DNA of 63,257 bases from the IMG/VR virus record IMGVR_UViG_3300032167_002310; one strand, written 5' to 3'. Made by a program: the position numbers and the translations under genes. Under the pieces are notes generated by a model. That model made no database searches and was not told the DNA's origin. It saw only the letters and a program-made list of their open reading frames with translations. The DNA comes from a virus (lineage: Duplodnaviria > Heunggongvirae > Uroviricota > Caudoviricetes). Of the stretch, positions 1 to 11,300 are shown piece after piece (the first letter of the stretch is position 1; each line of letters begins with the position of its first letter).

Positions 1-9
1 GGCGTACTT

Positions 10-2022
10 ATGGGTGATGTAGAGACAGGCTCAGGAGACAAAACCATTAAGAAAACTGGTGTATATGGTTATAACCATGGTATGCAAAGTTTTGGTTTTA
101 TGGATGATGGCAAAGCCTTCATTGGTAAAACTGGTAAGGGTCGAATTGAATTTGATGGTAACCATGGTTGGATTCAATCTATGTCTTATTCTTTGAATAA
201 GACTGGTATGCGAATTGATTTGGATGATGGTATTATTGACATTCGAGGAGCAAAAAAGCTTACTGAAAATAATACCAATACATCTAATAGTACATACAAA
301 GAAACCAACAGTCAGATTACAATTCAAGCACTTGACCCATATTTAATTATTAAAACCGAAAACGCAAAAGAAATTATGCGTATCGGCTCTGAAAAATATT
401 ATTTACAATCTGAGGATTTCACTGATAAAGTCGGTGCGAAATTAGATATTGCAAAAGGTATTTTCCAGGCATATGACGTAGATGGTTCAGGAAACTATAT
501 TAAATTAAGTGGTAATGGCAGCCCATTCTTCCAAATTCATGATGCCGCAAAAAGTATAAATATCATGTACGCGGGAGAAAGTCAATTTTACTTGCAATCT
601 TCTAATTATAAAGACAAGCAAGGTATGAAGATTGATTTAAATAATGGTACTTTAACTACTTATGATAATGAAGGTTCTGGCTCATATGTTAAGATTGATG
701 GTGGCGGCGCACCATTCTTAGCTATTTATGATGCTGAGGCGACAACTACATCTAAATATATTTTATATGCTTCTAAAAGTTCTTATTATATGCAGTCTTC
801 TGATTATGTAGCAGACACAGCTGGAGTTTATATTAACTTTAAAACTGGATATATTAACTCTTATAAAGGAAGCATTGGTGGTTGGGATATTTATCCTAAT
901 TATTTAAAGGGTGGTACTGTAACCCTTAATAAAGATGGCACTATTAGTGGTGGTACCACTTATAAATGGTCTATTACATCAGACGGTGAAGCTAATTTTG
1001 ATTATCTTCATGCAGAGTCCGGTGGGCAGATTGGACCATTCAAAGTTAATGCTACTTGTTTATATACTGGAAGTCCAACATTAGGCTCTTCTGGTGTTTA
1101 TCTTGGAAATGACGGTTTAAGTGTTGGTACTTCTTTTTCTGCCGTAGCTTCTTCTGGTACGGTTACTTGTACTAAGCTTATTGCGAAAAAGGAAGGCCAG
1201 ATTGGACCATTTAATATTTCTGCATCCGGACTTTCTACTGCGGCGACTTCAACATATAGCTTGCGTGCACGAGCAGCAGGAGGAACAGTAGATTTAACTT
1301 CTACTGGTATTAGTGTTAATGGAGATAGCTTTAGTGCTGATACTGCTGGTAATGTTAATCTTAAAGGAGTTATTGCCGGCAATCTTTGGTCTATTGATGC
1401 TGATGGATTAGCACAATTTGAAAATTTACAAGTTACTAAAAAAGGTAAATTTGGACCTTTATTAGTTGATGGAACTAAAATTAGTGCAGATACAGGATTA
1501 ATTTTAGAATTAGATCAAGGTTCATCTTCTTTGTATCTAAGTAATACCATGGCAAAGTTAGCAGGACCTACTGGATATGTTGCTTTTTTAAGTGATACTG
1601 CTTTTATTTATGCTGATAGATTACTATTAAAACAAAATGCAATATTTGAAGCTAATGGTAATTTTACAATTGAATGTTCAGGTACTATTAATTTTGATGC
1701 TGGTAAAGTAGATTTTAAAGAGGGTGGTTTAACAATCGCTGGTGAATCAGGTATTTCTGCCACTCAATTGATTAGAACTTCTGTGTTAGGCCCTCGTGCG
1801 AAGTTCCGATTTGTAAATGGTATTTTAGTTGAAGTTGATAAAAATGCAGAAACAGCCGACGGTGATGAAAGTGTAGGAAGCTTAGCTACACAAACGTGGG
1901 TTACAGAAAATTTTGCAGCAAAAAGTCATAGTCATAGCGGTTATGCTTCATCAAGTCATAGTCATTCTCAGTATTGTACAGCAGACGAAGTTGAAGATAT
2001 GATTAACGCCGCTTTGAAATAA
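10..2022 (+). CDS. Tail fiber/structural repeat protein; possibly 5'-partial because the frame is open back to nt 1
   Basis: Internal ~60-aa repeats (YYLQSEDF...SGNYIKLSGNGSPFFQIHDA / FYLQSSNYKD...GSGSYVKIDGGGAPFLAIYDA), repeated GQIGPF motifs, HSHS-rich C-terminus; sits in the + strand structural block. Confidence 0.55.
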   Translation: MGDVETGSGDKTIKKTGVYGYNHGMQSFGFMDDGKAFIGKTGKGRIEFDGNHGWIQSMSYSLNKTGMRIDLDDGIIDIRGAKKLTENNTNTSNSTYKETNSQITIQALDPYLIIKTENAKEIMRIGSEKYYLQSEDFTDKVGAKLDIAKGIFQAYDVDGSGNYIKLSGNGSPFFQIHDAAKSINIMYAGESQFYLQSSNYKDKQGMKIDLNNGTLTTYDNEGSGSYVKIDGGGAPFLAIYDAEATTTSKYILYASKSSYYMQSSDYVADTAGVYINFKTGYINSYKGSIGGWDIYPNYLKGGTVTLNKDGTISGGTTYKWSITSDGEANFDYLHAESGGQIGPFKVNATCLYTGSPTLGSSGVYLGNDGLSVGTSFSAVASSGTVTCTKLIAKKEGQIGPFNISASGLSTAATSTYSLRARAAGGTVDLTSTGISVNGDSFSADTAGNVNLKGVIAGNLWSIDADGLAQFENLQVTKKGKFGPLLVDGTKISADTGLILELDQGSSSLYLSNTMAKLAGPTGYVAFLSDTAFIYADRLLLKQNAIFEANGNFTIECSGTINFDAGKVDFKEGGLTIAGESGISATQLIRTSVLGPRAKFRFVNGILVEVDKNAETADGDESVGSLATQTWVTENFAAKSHSHSGYASSSHSHSQYCTADEVEDMINAALK

Positions 2023-2048
2023 ATATATTATAAAGGAGATAAAGGATT

Positions 2049-2447
2049 ATGTTAATTCGTAAAGAAATGGCAAATATTGAAATTTACAATATTGCAAACG
2101 CTCTTTTAGAGGTTTTCAATGAAGATGTACATCTCCCTGTTAAAGTAAATTTCTATTTACAGAAAAACATCGGCCGCATGGTCGAAATGGCAAAAGATAT
2201 TGACAAAGCTCGTATGGAGATTGTTAGAAAATATGGTGAGCCTCTTGAAGAAGACCCAAATCAGTTCAAGATTGACCCTGAGAAGGTTGATGATGCAAAC
2301 AAGGAGATTCAGGACCTATTCTCTTTGAAACAAGAGGTTAAGATTAATACCATTTTACTTGAAGCGTTTGACGATGTTGATTTAACAAGTCAGCAGGTTG
2401 GCGCAATCATGTTTATGATTCAGGACGACGAAGAAGATAAGGAGTAA
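2049..2447 (+). CDS. Small acidic hypothetical protein (possible fiber assembly/chaperone)
   Basis: RBS aaaggagataaagg 8 nt upstream of ATG; acidic C-terminus (QDDEEDKE); wedged between large structural genes. Confidence 0.45.
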   Translation: MLIRKEMANIEIYNIANALLEVFNEDVHLPVKVNFYLQKNIGRMVEMAKDIDKARMEIVRKYGEPLEEDPNQFKIDPEKVDDANKEIQDLFSLKQEVKINTILLEAFDDVDLTSQQVGAIMFMIQDDEEDKE

Positions 2448-2452
2448 AGGCT

Positions 2453-5203
2453 ATGGCAGTAAAGTTGTATCCCCCTGTAATAGAGGGAGCACTTCCAGCC
2501 TTCTATGGGACTGAGACTCTCTCAGTCCCATTTTCTATGAATCGAGCTGTTGGAGTTAGTGAAGTAGCTGGATTTGCTTTAAAAATCAAAACAGTTGGTG
2601 GTGTTTATGTCACAACTCTCAAGACAGTTGATACCTCTGATTTTGACCTACTTGATAGTACGATAGTTTCATTTGATATTTCAGGATTGGATAAACCTTT
2701 TACTGTTGGTCAATATTACAAAGTTCAGCTCGCTTATATTGACAAGGATAATCAAGTCGGTTTTTACTCAACTGTTGGTGTAATTAAATATACAACTAAA
2801 CCAACTGTAACTCTTCAGAATTTTAAATTCGGACAAATTAACCAGCATAATTATTCTTATGTTGGACTATATAGCCAAGAGGGTGCTACTACTCTTGAAG
2901 ATGGTCGTGTTGTAAAGCGTGATTCTACTGAGAAAATGTATTCCTGTAGATTTACAATTCAAGATGACCAAGGTAATTATGTGTATGATAGTGGAGAGAT
3001 TATCCATAAGACTATTGAAGATGATGTATCTTATGAATCACATGAGTCTTGTTTGATTTCTCAAGATTTGGATATTAACCGCTCTTATTATGCACGCTTC
3101 TGGGTTAAGACTATTAATGGTCTCGAAGAAGCTTCTCAGAAATATCGTGTAATGCAGAGACGTTCTATTAGTCCTGAGATTACAGTAGAACTTAAGGCTG
3201 AATTAGATTATGACAATGGTTTCATCAATATTAGAATTATTGATGTTCCACCAAAAGACCCAGTTATTTCTGGTACTTTCTTAATCTCTCGTGCGGCAAG
3301 TAATACAGGATATGTATGGGAAGAATTTAGACGTTTTGACTTACAATCTATGATTCCAGATAAATGGAGTGCGGTAGATTGTACAATTGAACAAGGCGTT
3401 ACTTATAAGTATTCTTTGCAGCAATATAATGCTAATAAGATTTACTCTGATAGAATCATTTCTAATGCAGTATATGCGGATTTCGAAGATGCGTTCCTTT
3501 ATGATGGGAGCAAGCAACTCAAGATTCGATTTAATCCTAAAGTGTCAAGCTTTAAGAATACAGTATTAGAAACCAAGGTGGATACTATTGGTAGTCAACA
3601 TCCATTCATTCTTAGAAATGGAAACGTAAACTATCGAGAATTTCCAATCTCTGGGCTAATTTCTTATCAAATGGACGACAGTCATATGTTCATGTCCAAG
3701 GAAGACCTTGCCCTTACTGAAAAATCGTTTGATTTAACAAGTGATAATATTAAAACAGAAAGAATATTTAAGTTGAAAGCATTAGAATGGCTTACGAACG
3801 GAAAAGCCAAACTCTTCCGCTCTCCGACCGAAGGTAATTATATTGTTCGCTTGATGAATAGCTCATTGACTCCGAACGATACGGTCGGCCGCATGCTTCA
3901 TACATTTAACTGTACTGCATACGAAATTGCGAAATGCACAACTGAAAACTTAGAATATTATGGACTTATTGATGCGACAGAGAACCTTACAGCACAGACT
4001 CGTTGGGTTACTGTTGACATTCAGAAGTTTGCACAAACTGCAATTGGTGAACCAAACGATTTAATCACATTAAATGATAAACAATTTTATTCTGTATCAT
4101 TAACTGATATGATGCCAGGCACTTTGATTTACATTGATGGCATTAGTATTCAGATTGGCGCTACTGGGGCTTACGCAGTTTCAAGTGAAACTCCTTTTAC
4201 AAAAATCCAAATTGCCAAGAAAGATATGATGCAAGGATTGGTAACTTATAGTTACAAATCTAAGGTGGCTAATGTGTTCGGTATGATTGAAGAAGTCCAT
4301 ATTGAGGATGTGCCTATCCAGCAATATGTTGGAGGATTCCCATATAATGGACCAGGTCTTCGAAACTATTTAGCTTCTTTAGAAGATATAAAAACAGAAG
4401 TCTTACATATTGCATTTATGCGTTTTACTAAGCGTGAAGCAAGAGATATTTTTATGGATATTAAATATCAAGACTATATCGAAAGAGGAGATTCTGTATT
4501 TATGGTTACATCTGACAATCCTTTGAAGTTTTATACTGATATGGATTGTTTGAATCCTATTGAACCAGCTGATTTAGACCCATTATGTTTATACCAGATT
4601 CGTTTCAGAAGAACTGACTATAGATACTATTATGAAAATAAAAAAGACCCAAGTGTCTATTTAGAACCTTTTATTAAAGAAGACCATTTGGTTGATAGAA
4701 CTTCTCCTTACTTTGCCCCTTATGCTCCGGTTTATTTCGACCCTATTACAATTAGCATCCATCCTATCAATGAAAATATTTATGATATTGTAATTGATGG
4801 TGAAAGGGTAAATATTGCAGAAACAGGACATTTTGAAATTTCTGATATGCAAGAAAGAAAACCAGATGTAAGACTTTATCCAGGTATTATTACTGAGATT
4901 AGCTATTCTAAACAAATTATTACTTATTCATTTGAAACAAGTGATGAAGCTGTAAAAACAGCAAAAAATAGTTATCTTTCAGCATATAATCAATACCAGA
5001 GTGATTGGTGTGGAGGTAAAGCGGCTGTAGTTAAATTGCCAGTTCCACCTAACTCACCAACTTCTTTAAATGATACTCAATTAAGTATGTATAGAAACCA
5101 AGTTAAAATGATGGAGAATTTAACTAAGAATACCTATTCATCTTTCATTTCTCAGTTAAATAGAGCCATTAGAGAATACAAGGAGGCGAATGGTATAGTA
5201 TGA
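2453..5203 (+). CDS. Large virion structural protein (tail/baseplate, 916 aa)
   Basis: Long uninterrupted ORF, tightly packed with neighbours, start overlaps RBS ggagtaaagg; no catalytic motif recognised. Confidence 0.5.
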   Translation: MAVKLYPPVIEGALPAFYGTETLSVPFSMNRAVGVSEVAGFALKIKTVGGVYVTTLKTVDTSDFDLLDSTIVSFDISGLDKPFTVGQYYKVQLAYIDKDNQVGFYSTVGVIKYTTKPTVTLQNFKFGQINQHNYSYVGLYSQEGATTLEDGRVVKRDSTEKMYSCRFTIQDDQGNYVYDSGEIIHKTIEDDVSYESHESCLISQDLDINRSYYARFWVKTINGLEEASQKYRVMQRRSISPEITVELKAELDYDNGFINIRIIDVPPKDPVISGTFLISRAASNTGYVWEEFRRFDLQSMIPDKWSAVDCTIEQGVTYKYSLQQYNANKIYSDRIISNAVYADFEDAFLYDGSKQLKIRFNPKVSSFKNTVLETKVDTIGSQHPFILRNGNVNYREFPISGLISYQMDDSHMFMSKEDLALTEKSFDLTSDNIKTERIFKLKALEWLTNGKAKLFRSPTEGNYIVRLMNSSLTPNDTVGRMLHTFNCTAYEIAKCTTENLEYYGLIDATENLTAQTRWVTVDIQKFAQTAIGEPNDLITLNDKQFYSVSLTDMMPGTLIYIDGISIQIGATGAYAVSSETPFTKIQIAKKDMMQGLVTYSYKSKVANVFGMIEEVHIEDVPIQQYVGGFPYNGPGLRNYLASLEDIKTEVLHIAFMRFTKREARDIFMDIKYQDYIERGDSVFMVTSDNPLKFYTDMDCLNPIEPADLDPLCLYQIRFRRTDYRYYYENKKDPSVYLEPFIKEDHLVDRTSPYFAPYAPVYFDPITISIHPINENIYDIVIDGERVNIAETGHFEISDMQERKPDVRLYPGIITEISYSKQIITYSFETSDEAVKTAKNSYLSAYNQYQSDWCGGKAAVVKLPVPPNSPTSLNDTQLSMYRNQVKMMENLTKNTYSSFISQLNRAIREYKEANGIV

Positions 5204-7956
5204 CAAACCCTTTGTTAGACAAAGAGTTCTTGAGATTATTAGACCAGCAGAAAGAAAGAGAAATTTTCGCCCGTGTAGTATCATTAAATTTTAAAGAGGA
5301 ACCCTTGGAAGAAATTACTGGTAGAGTAACCCAGGGTTCCGTGAATATTGATGGCAATTCTGCGGTCAGACGCACCTGTTCGGTTAGTATGGTCGCAGAA
5401 GAGCTCAACATTCATGATTATTATTGGGGATTAAATACAAAATTTGAACTTTATGTTGGTTTAACTAATGATATTGAACCCAAATATCCAGATATTATCT
5501 GGTTCCCGCAGGGAACATTTTTAATCTCCTCATTTAACACTTCTCAAAGTGTAAGTAACTATTCTATTTCTTTACAAGGTAAAGATAAGATGTGTATGCT
5601 AAATGGAGAGATTGGTGGTACTGTGACTGCGCTTTCCGTTGATTTCGGTCAGGTTGATCTGGTTCAAGAGGACGGAAGTATTATTACAGAAAAATATTTA
5701 TTGAAAGATATTATTCGTGATGCAGTTCACACCTATGCGCAAGAGCCATATCAAAATATTATTATTAATGACTTGGATGAGGCTGGCGCAGAATTAATGG
5801 AGTATAGAGGAGAAACTCCAATGTATTTCCTTGTTAATAATGACACTCATGAAGTAACCAATATGACTATGAATGGTGAACAAGGTGGTTATTATTATCA
5901 GAAATACGATAAAGAACAGGGAAAATATTTAGATTGGTCTACAGATACGATTGCTATTGGTAGTCTTGATGATTCTGAATATGATAATCGTACAGATTAC
6001 CTTGACGTAGATACCTATCCAACTTATGTACGCACGACTGATGAGAATGGTAACATCACTGGAACTTATACTGTTATTCGTGCAACAGATGGTATGACTA
6101 TTGGCTATCGCTTAATCGGTCTTACTTATGCAGGAGATTTAGTAATTCAAGTTGGCGGTACTGTTACTCAAATGCTTGATAAGATTAAATCTATGCTTGG
6201 TGATTTTGAATATTTTTATGACCTTCAAGGTCATTTTGTATTCCAAAGAAAAAGAACTTTTATTAATCAATCTTGGAATAATATTGCTCGCAATACAGAC
6301 AGCGAAACTTATGTAGACCCAGTTGCTCTTACTTCCGGTGTAAGTTATAACTTTGAAAATAGTAATATTATTACTTCTTTTGCAAATGCTCCTAACTTAG
6401 CAAATCTTAAAAATGATTTCTCAATTTGGGGCGCACGTAAGTCTACTACTGGGCAAGAGATTCCAATTCATTTACGTTATGCGATTGATAAGAAACCGAC
6501 TTATTATAAAAGTTTTAGTGGTCAAGTATACACAACAAATATGGATTTGGTAAAATATGATAAAGCTCCCGTACCGCAGGGCCTTTCTGATGATTGGTGG
6601 GAAGTAAGAGACTGGGCTGAATATTACCATCTTTTGACAGGCGATTATCCAAACGATGTTATGAGTAATTATATTACTGAATACACTTATTTGGATTTGC
6701 AAGCTTTATTCCCTGGTGGTGTTACTTGGGATAAAAATAGACCAGTTTTCTTATTCGACGTAACTGCGCTTGGTGCTCTTTCTTATACAGGTCATAATCC
6801 TATGAGAGAACCTGTTACTTACGCACCATGCGGCCACAGTTATAGTTATTTTATCAACAACGCAAATCAAAAAGGTATTTTATCTTATTTTTATAAGCCA
6901 AGGATTCCAGATGGCGTTGTCTATACTAAAGAAGTGGATTGGCGAGAGATTATTTATCAGATGGCTCTTGATTATATGGACCATCAAGGAGAAGATGATT
7001 TCTTGTTAAAACTTGCTGAAAATAATCGTGATGGTGAAACTGGTGAAAGCTATTACCCAGATGGATATACTGGCTATGAGCAGTATTATGCTGATATTTT
7101 AGGATTTTGGAGAAATCTTTATAATCCCACTTATCTTAGCTCTTATGAAACTGCTTATTTAACTAAAAGTAAATATAATGCCAATCCAACAAATTATTAT
7201 GTTCCAGTACAGTGTACTGGAACTGATAAATTTGATAAAAATAAAGCTTATGTAAAGAAGATTGTTTTTGGCTCATATGAACCTGTTGAGTTAAGTGAAG
7301 AAAATTATAATAATATTAAAGATATTTCAATTTTCTATTATTTAAAACAATGCACTAAAAATATGGCATATGACCCTAAGCAATTATATTTTGTTAAGGT
7401 TACTGGAGAATATGACACAGAAAGCGGATGGCATACAACAGTATTGGAGTCTCCAGAATTACTCAATTTCTGGTTCGATTTTTTAGATGCTCGTGATGGT
7501 CAACTTGCTAACTATGCAGTCTATAATGTTGGTAATAGGCCAAAATCCGAAAATGACTCTAATGTAAAAGCCATTTATTTTAGAGATACTCCAAACGTGA
7601 TTTTTGTAGATTCTACAGTCTCAGATGATGAAATGGGAGAAATGCATGAACAAAAACCTGGTTATACTTTTATTAAACTTCCTACTGTAATGGAGAATTT
7701 GTTTACTATTAGTTCTCAAGGTAAATCTGCATTTGACCAATTAAACTCTCATTTATATAATTATGCTTACTGTACAGAATCCATTACAGTCAATGCATTA
7801 CCAGTTTATTATCTTGAACCAAATACTCGTATATTTGTAAAAGATGAAAACAGTGGTATTGAGGGAGAGTATATTATAAATCGAATTTCGATTCCTTTGC
7901 AATATCAAGGAACGATGTCAATTTCTGCTACCAAAGTAGTGGAGAGATTATATTAA
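5200..7956 (+). CDS. Large virion structural protein (tail/baseplate, 918 aa)
   Basis: ATGA start/stop overlap with upstream gene (translational coupling); long ORF in structural block. Confidence 0.5.
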   Translation: MTNPLLDKEFLRLLDQQKEREIFARVVSLNFKEEPLEEITGRVTQGSVNIDGNSAVRRTCSVSMVAEELNIHDYYWGLNTKFELYVGLTNDIEPKYPDIIWFPQGTFLISSFNTSQSVSNYSISLQGKDKMCMLNGEIGGTVTALSVDFGQVDLVQEDGSIITEKYLLKDIIRDAVHTYAQEPYQNIIINDLDEAGAELMEYRGETPMYFLVNNDTHEVTNMTMNGEQGGYYYQKYDKEQGKYLDWSTDTIAIGSLDDSEYDNRTDYLDVDTYPTYVRTTDENGNITGTYTVIRATDGMTIGYRLIGLTYAGDLVIQVGGTVTQMLDKIKSMLGDFEYFYDLQGHFVFQRKRTFINQSWNNIARNTDSETYVDPVALTSGVSYNFENSNIITSFANAPNLANLKNDFSIWGARKSTTGQEIPIHLRYAIDKKPTYYKSFSGQVYTTNMDLVKYDKAPVPQGLSDDWWEVRDWAEYYHLLTGDYPNDVMSNYITEYTYLDLQALFPGGVTWDKNRPVFLFDVTALGALSYTGHNPMREPVTYAPCGHSYSYFINNANQKGILSYFYKPRIPDGVVYTKEVDWREIIYQMALDYMDHQGEDDFLLKLAENNRDGETGESYYPDGYTGYEQYYADILGFWRNLYNPTYLSSYETAYLTKSKYNANPTNYYVPVQCTGTDKFDKNKAYVKKIVFGSYEPVELSEENYNNIKDISIFYYLKQCTKNMAYDPKQLYFVKVTGEYDTESGWHTTVLESPELLNFWFDFLDARDGQLANYAVYNVGNRPKSENDSNVKAIYFRDTPNVIFVDSTVSDDEMGEMHEQKPGYTFIKLPTVMENLFTISSQGKSAFDQLNSHLYNYAYCTESITVNALPVYYLEPNTRIFVKDENSGIEGEYIINRISIPLQYQGTMSISATKVVERLY

Positions 7957-7970
7957 GGAGGATAAGGAGA

Positions 7971-8348
7971 ATGGCGAATAGAATTAAACAATTCCGCTAT
8001 TATAATGACACAGCTGATGGCGTGTCTAAAAATCAGCCTGCCCAGGTAGTTGGCGAAGATGGCGGATTAATAGATACTACATACCAGCACTATGTTTCTG
8101 GCCTTGTCTTTGGAGATAATTTCCCGGTTCTCCAGTTGGGAATTCAAGCCCTTCCTGGAACTAAGTTTAAGTTAAATAATGCTGTTGACCCGATTATCAT
8201 CGGGTTGACAGGCATTTATGAATTAGACTTGGTTGGACAAACAGAAATTACAGCGATTCAATTTGATGCAGATTCAATGGTTAATATCAATAATAATAAT
8301 AATGCTTACTTGATTGTAGACATTATTTATGATGATGGAAAGGAGTAA
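7971..8348 (+). CDS. Hypothetical structural-module protein (125 aa)
   Basis: RBS aaggaggataagg upstream; poly-Asn tract NINNNNNAY. Confidence 0.4.
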   Translation: MANRIKQFRYYNDTADGVSKNQPAQVVGEDGGLIDTTYQHYVSGLVFGDNFPVLQLGIQALPGTKFKLNNAVDPIIIGLTGIYELDLVGQTEITAIQFDADSMVNINNNNNAYLIVDIIYDDGKE

Positions 8349-8354
8349 TGATAT

Positions 8355-11300
8355 ATGGGATTTTATGGTAACATAACCAATACATCAAAAACTACTTTCC
8401 AGTTTGATAAAACCTATGCGAATCGCAATCAGATGCAAATGAACGCAGGTAACGATGGTGTTTATCCAGGCCGATTTGTATTGGTTGATTATGATACAAC
8501 AATCAATAATGATTATTTCTATAAGCCAGATCCAACAGACCCAACCAGTCAGTGTTGGATGTATGACGGACAGGTGTATACTGGTGCTCCTAAGTCAATG
8601 GACATTAATGGTACAGTCGTTTATACTGCTGCTCCTGAAGCGCCAACAAAAATCACTGCGTCCGCAGGATTTTCAAAAGGTAGATGTGTTGCAGTTCCTG
8701 TAGGACAGAGAATTTCAAATATCAGCCAAAATTCAATTTATTATAGAATTACTGGTAAAACCGAAACTGGTTATCAGGCTATGAAAGTAACTCAAACTGA
8801 ATATGAAGCCTTCATGAAGAGATATGAAGAAGATAATGAAGATGCAGTTACTTATTATCCAGTTACTTTATTTGACTTTGAGTATGAGCCAAATGTTTAT
8901 TATACCACAGCAGATGGCGTAGTTTTTGAAAAAGCAACTGGCCAATGGGTGGAAACCCAAACTTATTATGAAAGAGTTATTAGCCAAGACTTATTCATCT
9001 ATATTATTGGTAACTCTGCGTCTGACGCAGTTTTAAATTCTACTTGGGTAACCTCTGAAGAGTTAGAAGTTAACAATATTTATCATGTTAAAAAGGGCCA
9101 TTCCTACAATATCAACTCTAAATATGTTGAATATTGGGTTTTAACAAAAGAAACTGATGAGCTTGCTTGGTCTGCCGCAGCAGATGATGCTTCTACATAT
9201 ACATTAAACGCAAGTATTGACCGTTTAGTTTATGGAAGTGGACGTGGGTACGATTCTACTGTATGGCAGAAAGTTATTAGAAACGGTCGTGACACCTATG
9301 TAATGATTGCTGAATTAAATTCAGTAGTTCCTACATTTGACATTGCCGCAGACGCGCCTACTACAGTTCCTTTAGTTCCTCACTTTGACAAAGACAGTAC
9401 AAATGTTTATTATAAACTTCATGTTCAACCAGGTTGGGCTATTAGAACAAAAGCGCAAAGAAATGATTTACAAGGTCCAGCAATTGATAGAACTGGTGCG
9501 ATGGGAGGACAGCATTCATTAACAATTGATGAAATCTATTATCCTTCTGACCAATTAACAAGTTGGAATAGTAAATTATATAATTCCGCAAATGGAACAG
9601 AAAAAACTGTTTATTATAATCCTAATACAGGAACATGGGATGCTACGGAATCTCCTGAAGACCAAACTTTCGGCGCAGCTATTTACTATAATAAAGCAGG
9701 TTTTAATCCAAGTTTAATTAGTAAGAGTGCCGATCTTATTGCAGAAGGTAAACCAAGTTTCAATGAAATTGTGGCTAAAAGTGGCTGGACTCCAGAAGAT
9801 AGAATTGAATTGAAGCCTACTGGTTTAAGCGGTAAGAGATATGATACTCATAACGCTTCTGTTGATGACCAGATGCAGGTGGATACTCAAGAGTTTTCAA
9901 TTATGTTACCTTCTCTTGGTGACGCAGTATCTCGTATGTGGGATATGGTGTTTGGTGGTCGTGAGACTAATGACATTATTCGCCAAACAAGCGTACGTAA
10001 TGAAGATATTAAATGGGAAAATGCTCGTGGTGGATTGAATAGAAACGGTTTGCGTATGGTAAGTACCCAAGATGGAAATGCTTACAATACAGCTGAAGCC
10101 GAAACTCTTGCAGGATGTATTAACTCTGTTCATGACTTGATGGGTATGATTATCACTCCTGAGTCTTGTATTACTCTTGGTGATAATATCGACCTTTTAA
10201 ATATGGATAGAATTTACTTTGTAACTCCTGACCCAACTCTTGAGATTGACCCAGAAGACCCATGGATTTCAGACATGGTTAAAAAGGTTGCTAAGTATCA
10301 GAATTCTTATGTAAGAAAATATTTGACATATGAATACACTCCTGTTACTGATGAAATTTTTGATTTCAAGCCAACTCAACCAGAATCAGAAGACTTTGAT
10401 ATTTCTGATTATTATGTACTTGAGAATGGTGTATATAGACAAGCAACTGAAGCTGATAGAGGTAAAACTCTTTACAAGAAAGTTATTGCTGAAACAGCAA
10501 CTTTTGACCCAGCAGGATTAACTCCTTTCGATGGAAGTAAGTATTTCTATCAGGATTTCACTTCAAGTGGAAATATGACTGATATAAATAGTGACATTCC
10601 AGAGATTTGGTTGAAAGACTATGTTCGTGATGAAGTATATCATCCAGGACATAAGTATTTCACAATTGATGAAGAGAATGACCTTGAAGAGCGCCCTTTA
10701 AGTGGTGCATATGTACAGAATACTTACTATTATAAACAAAACGGTTCTTATTTGCTTGATTCAGCACTTGCACCAACCTTAAATAGAACTTACTATAAAA
10801 TCGACAATAATAGAGTATTTGATATTTCAAATGATAAAGCTGGCGGTTATGATGGACTTTATGTTCCAGGTAAGTACTATTATTTAGACCCAGATACTGG
10901 CGAATATAGAATCGATAATGAGCCAGAAGGAAAATATTTCGGTAATCAGAAAGCTGGACATTTTGCAATTAAGCAAGATAGCCAAGAATCTGATAAACCA
11001 TTATACATTCAAGAAACTCACTATCCACCAATTTCTTATGAAGAAATTCTTGAAGATGGTTTTGATTACGACCTTTATATTTATGATGATGGTGAAGGTG
11101 TTTATAAATTATACACTGAAGAAATCATTAATCCAGATTTAGATTACTTCTTGAGAGAAATTCGTCTTGTTCCTACTACTGGACATTTGGTAATTGAACC
11201 TACTCCATTAAGATTGGCGCTCTATCAAGAAGATACTTTCTACTTTAAAGAATATAACGACGATGGTGAATTTATTGGATACTCTCTTGTAACACCAGAC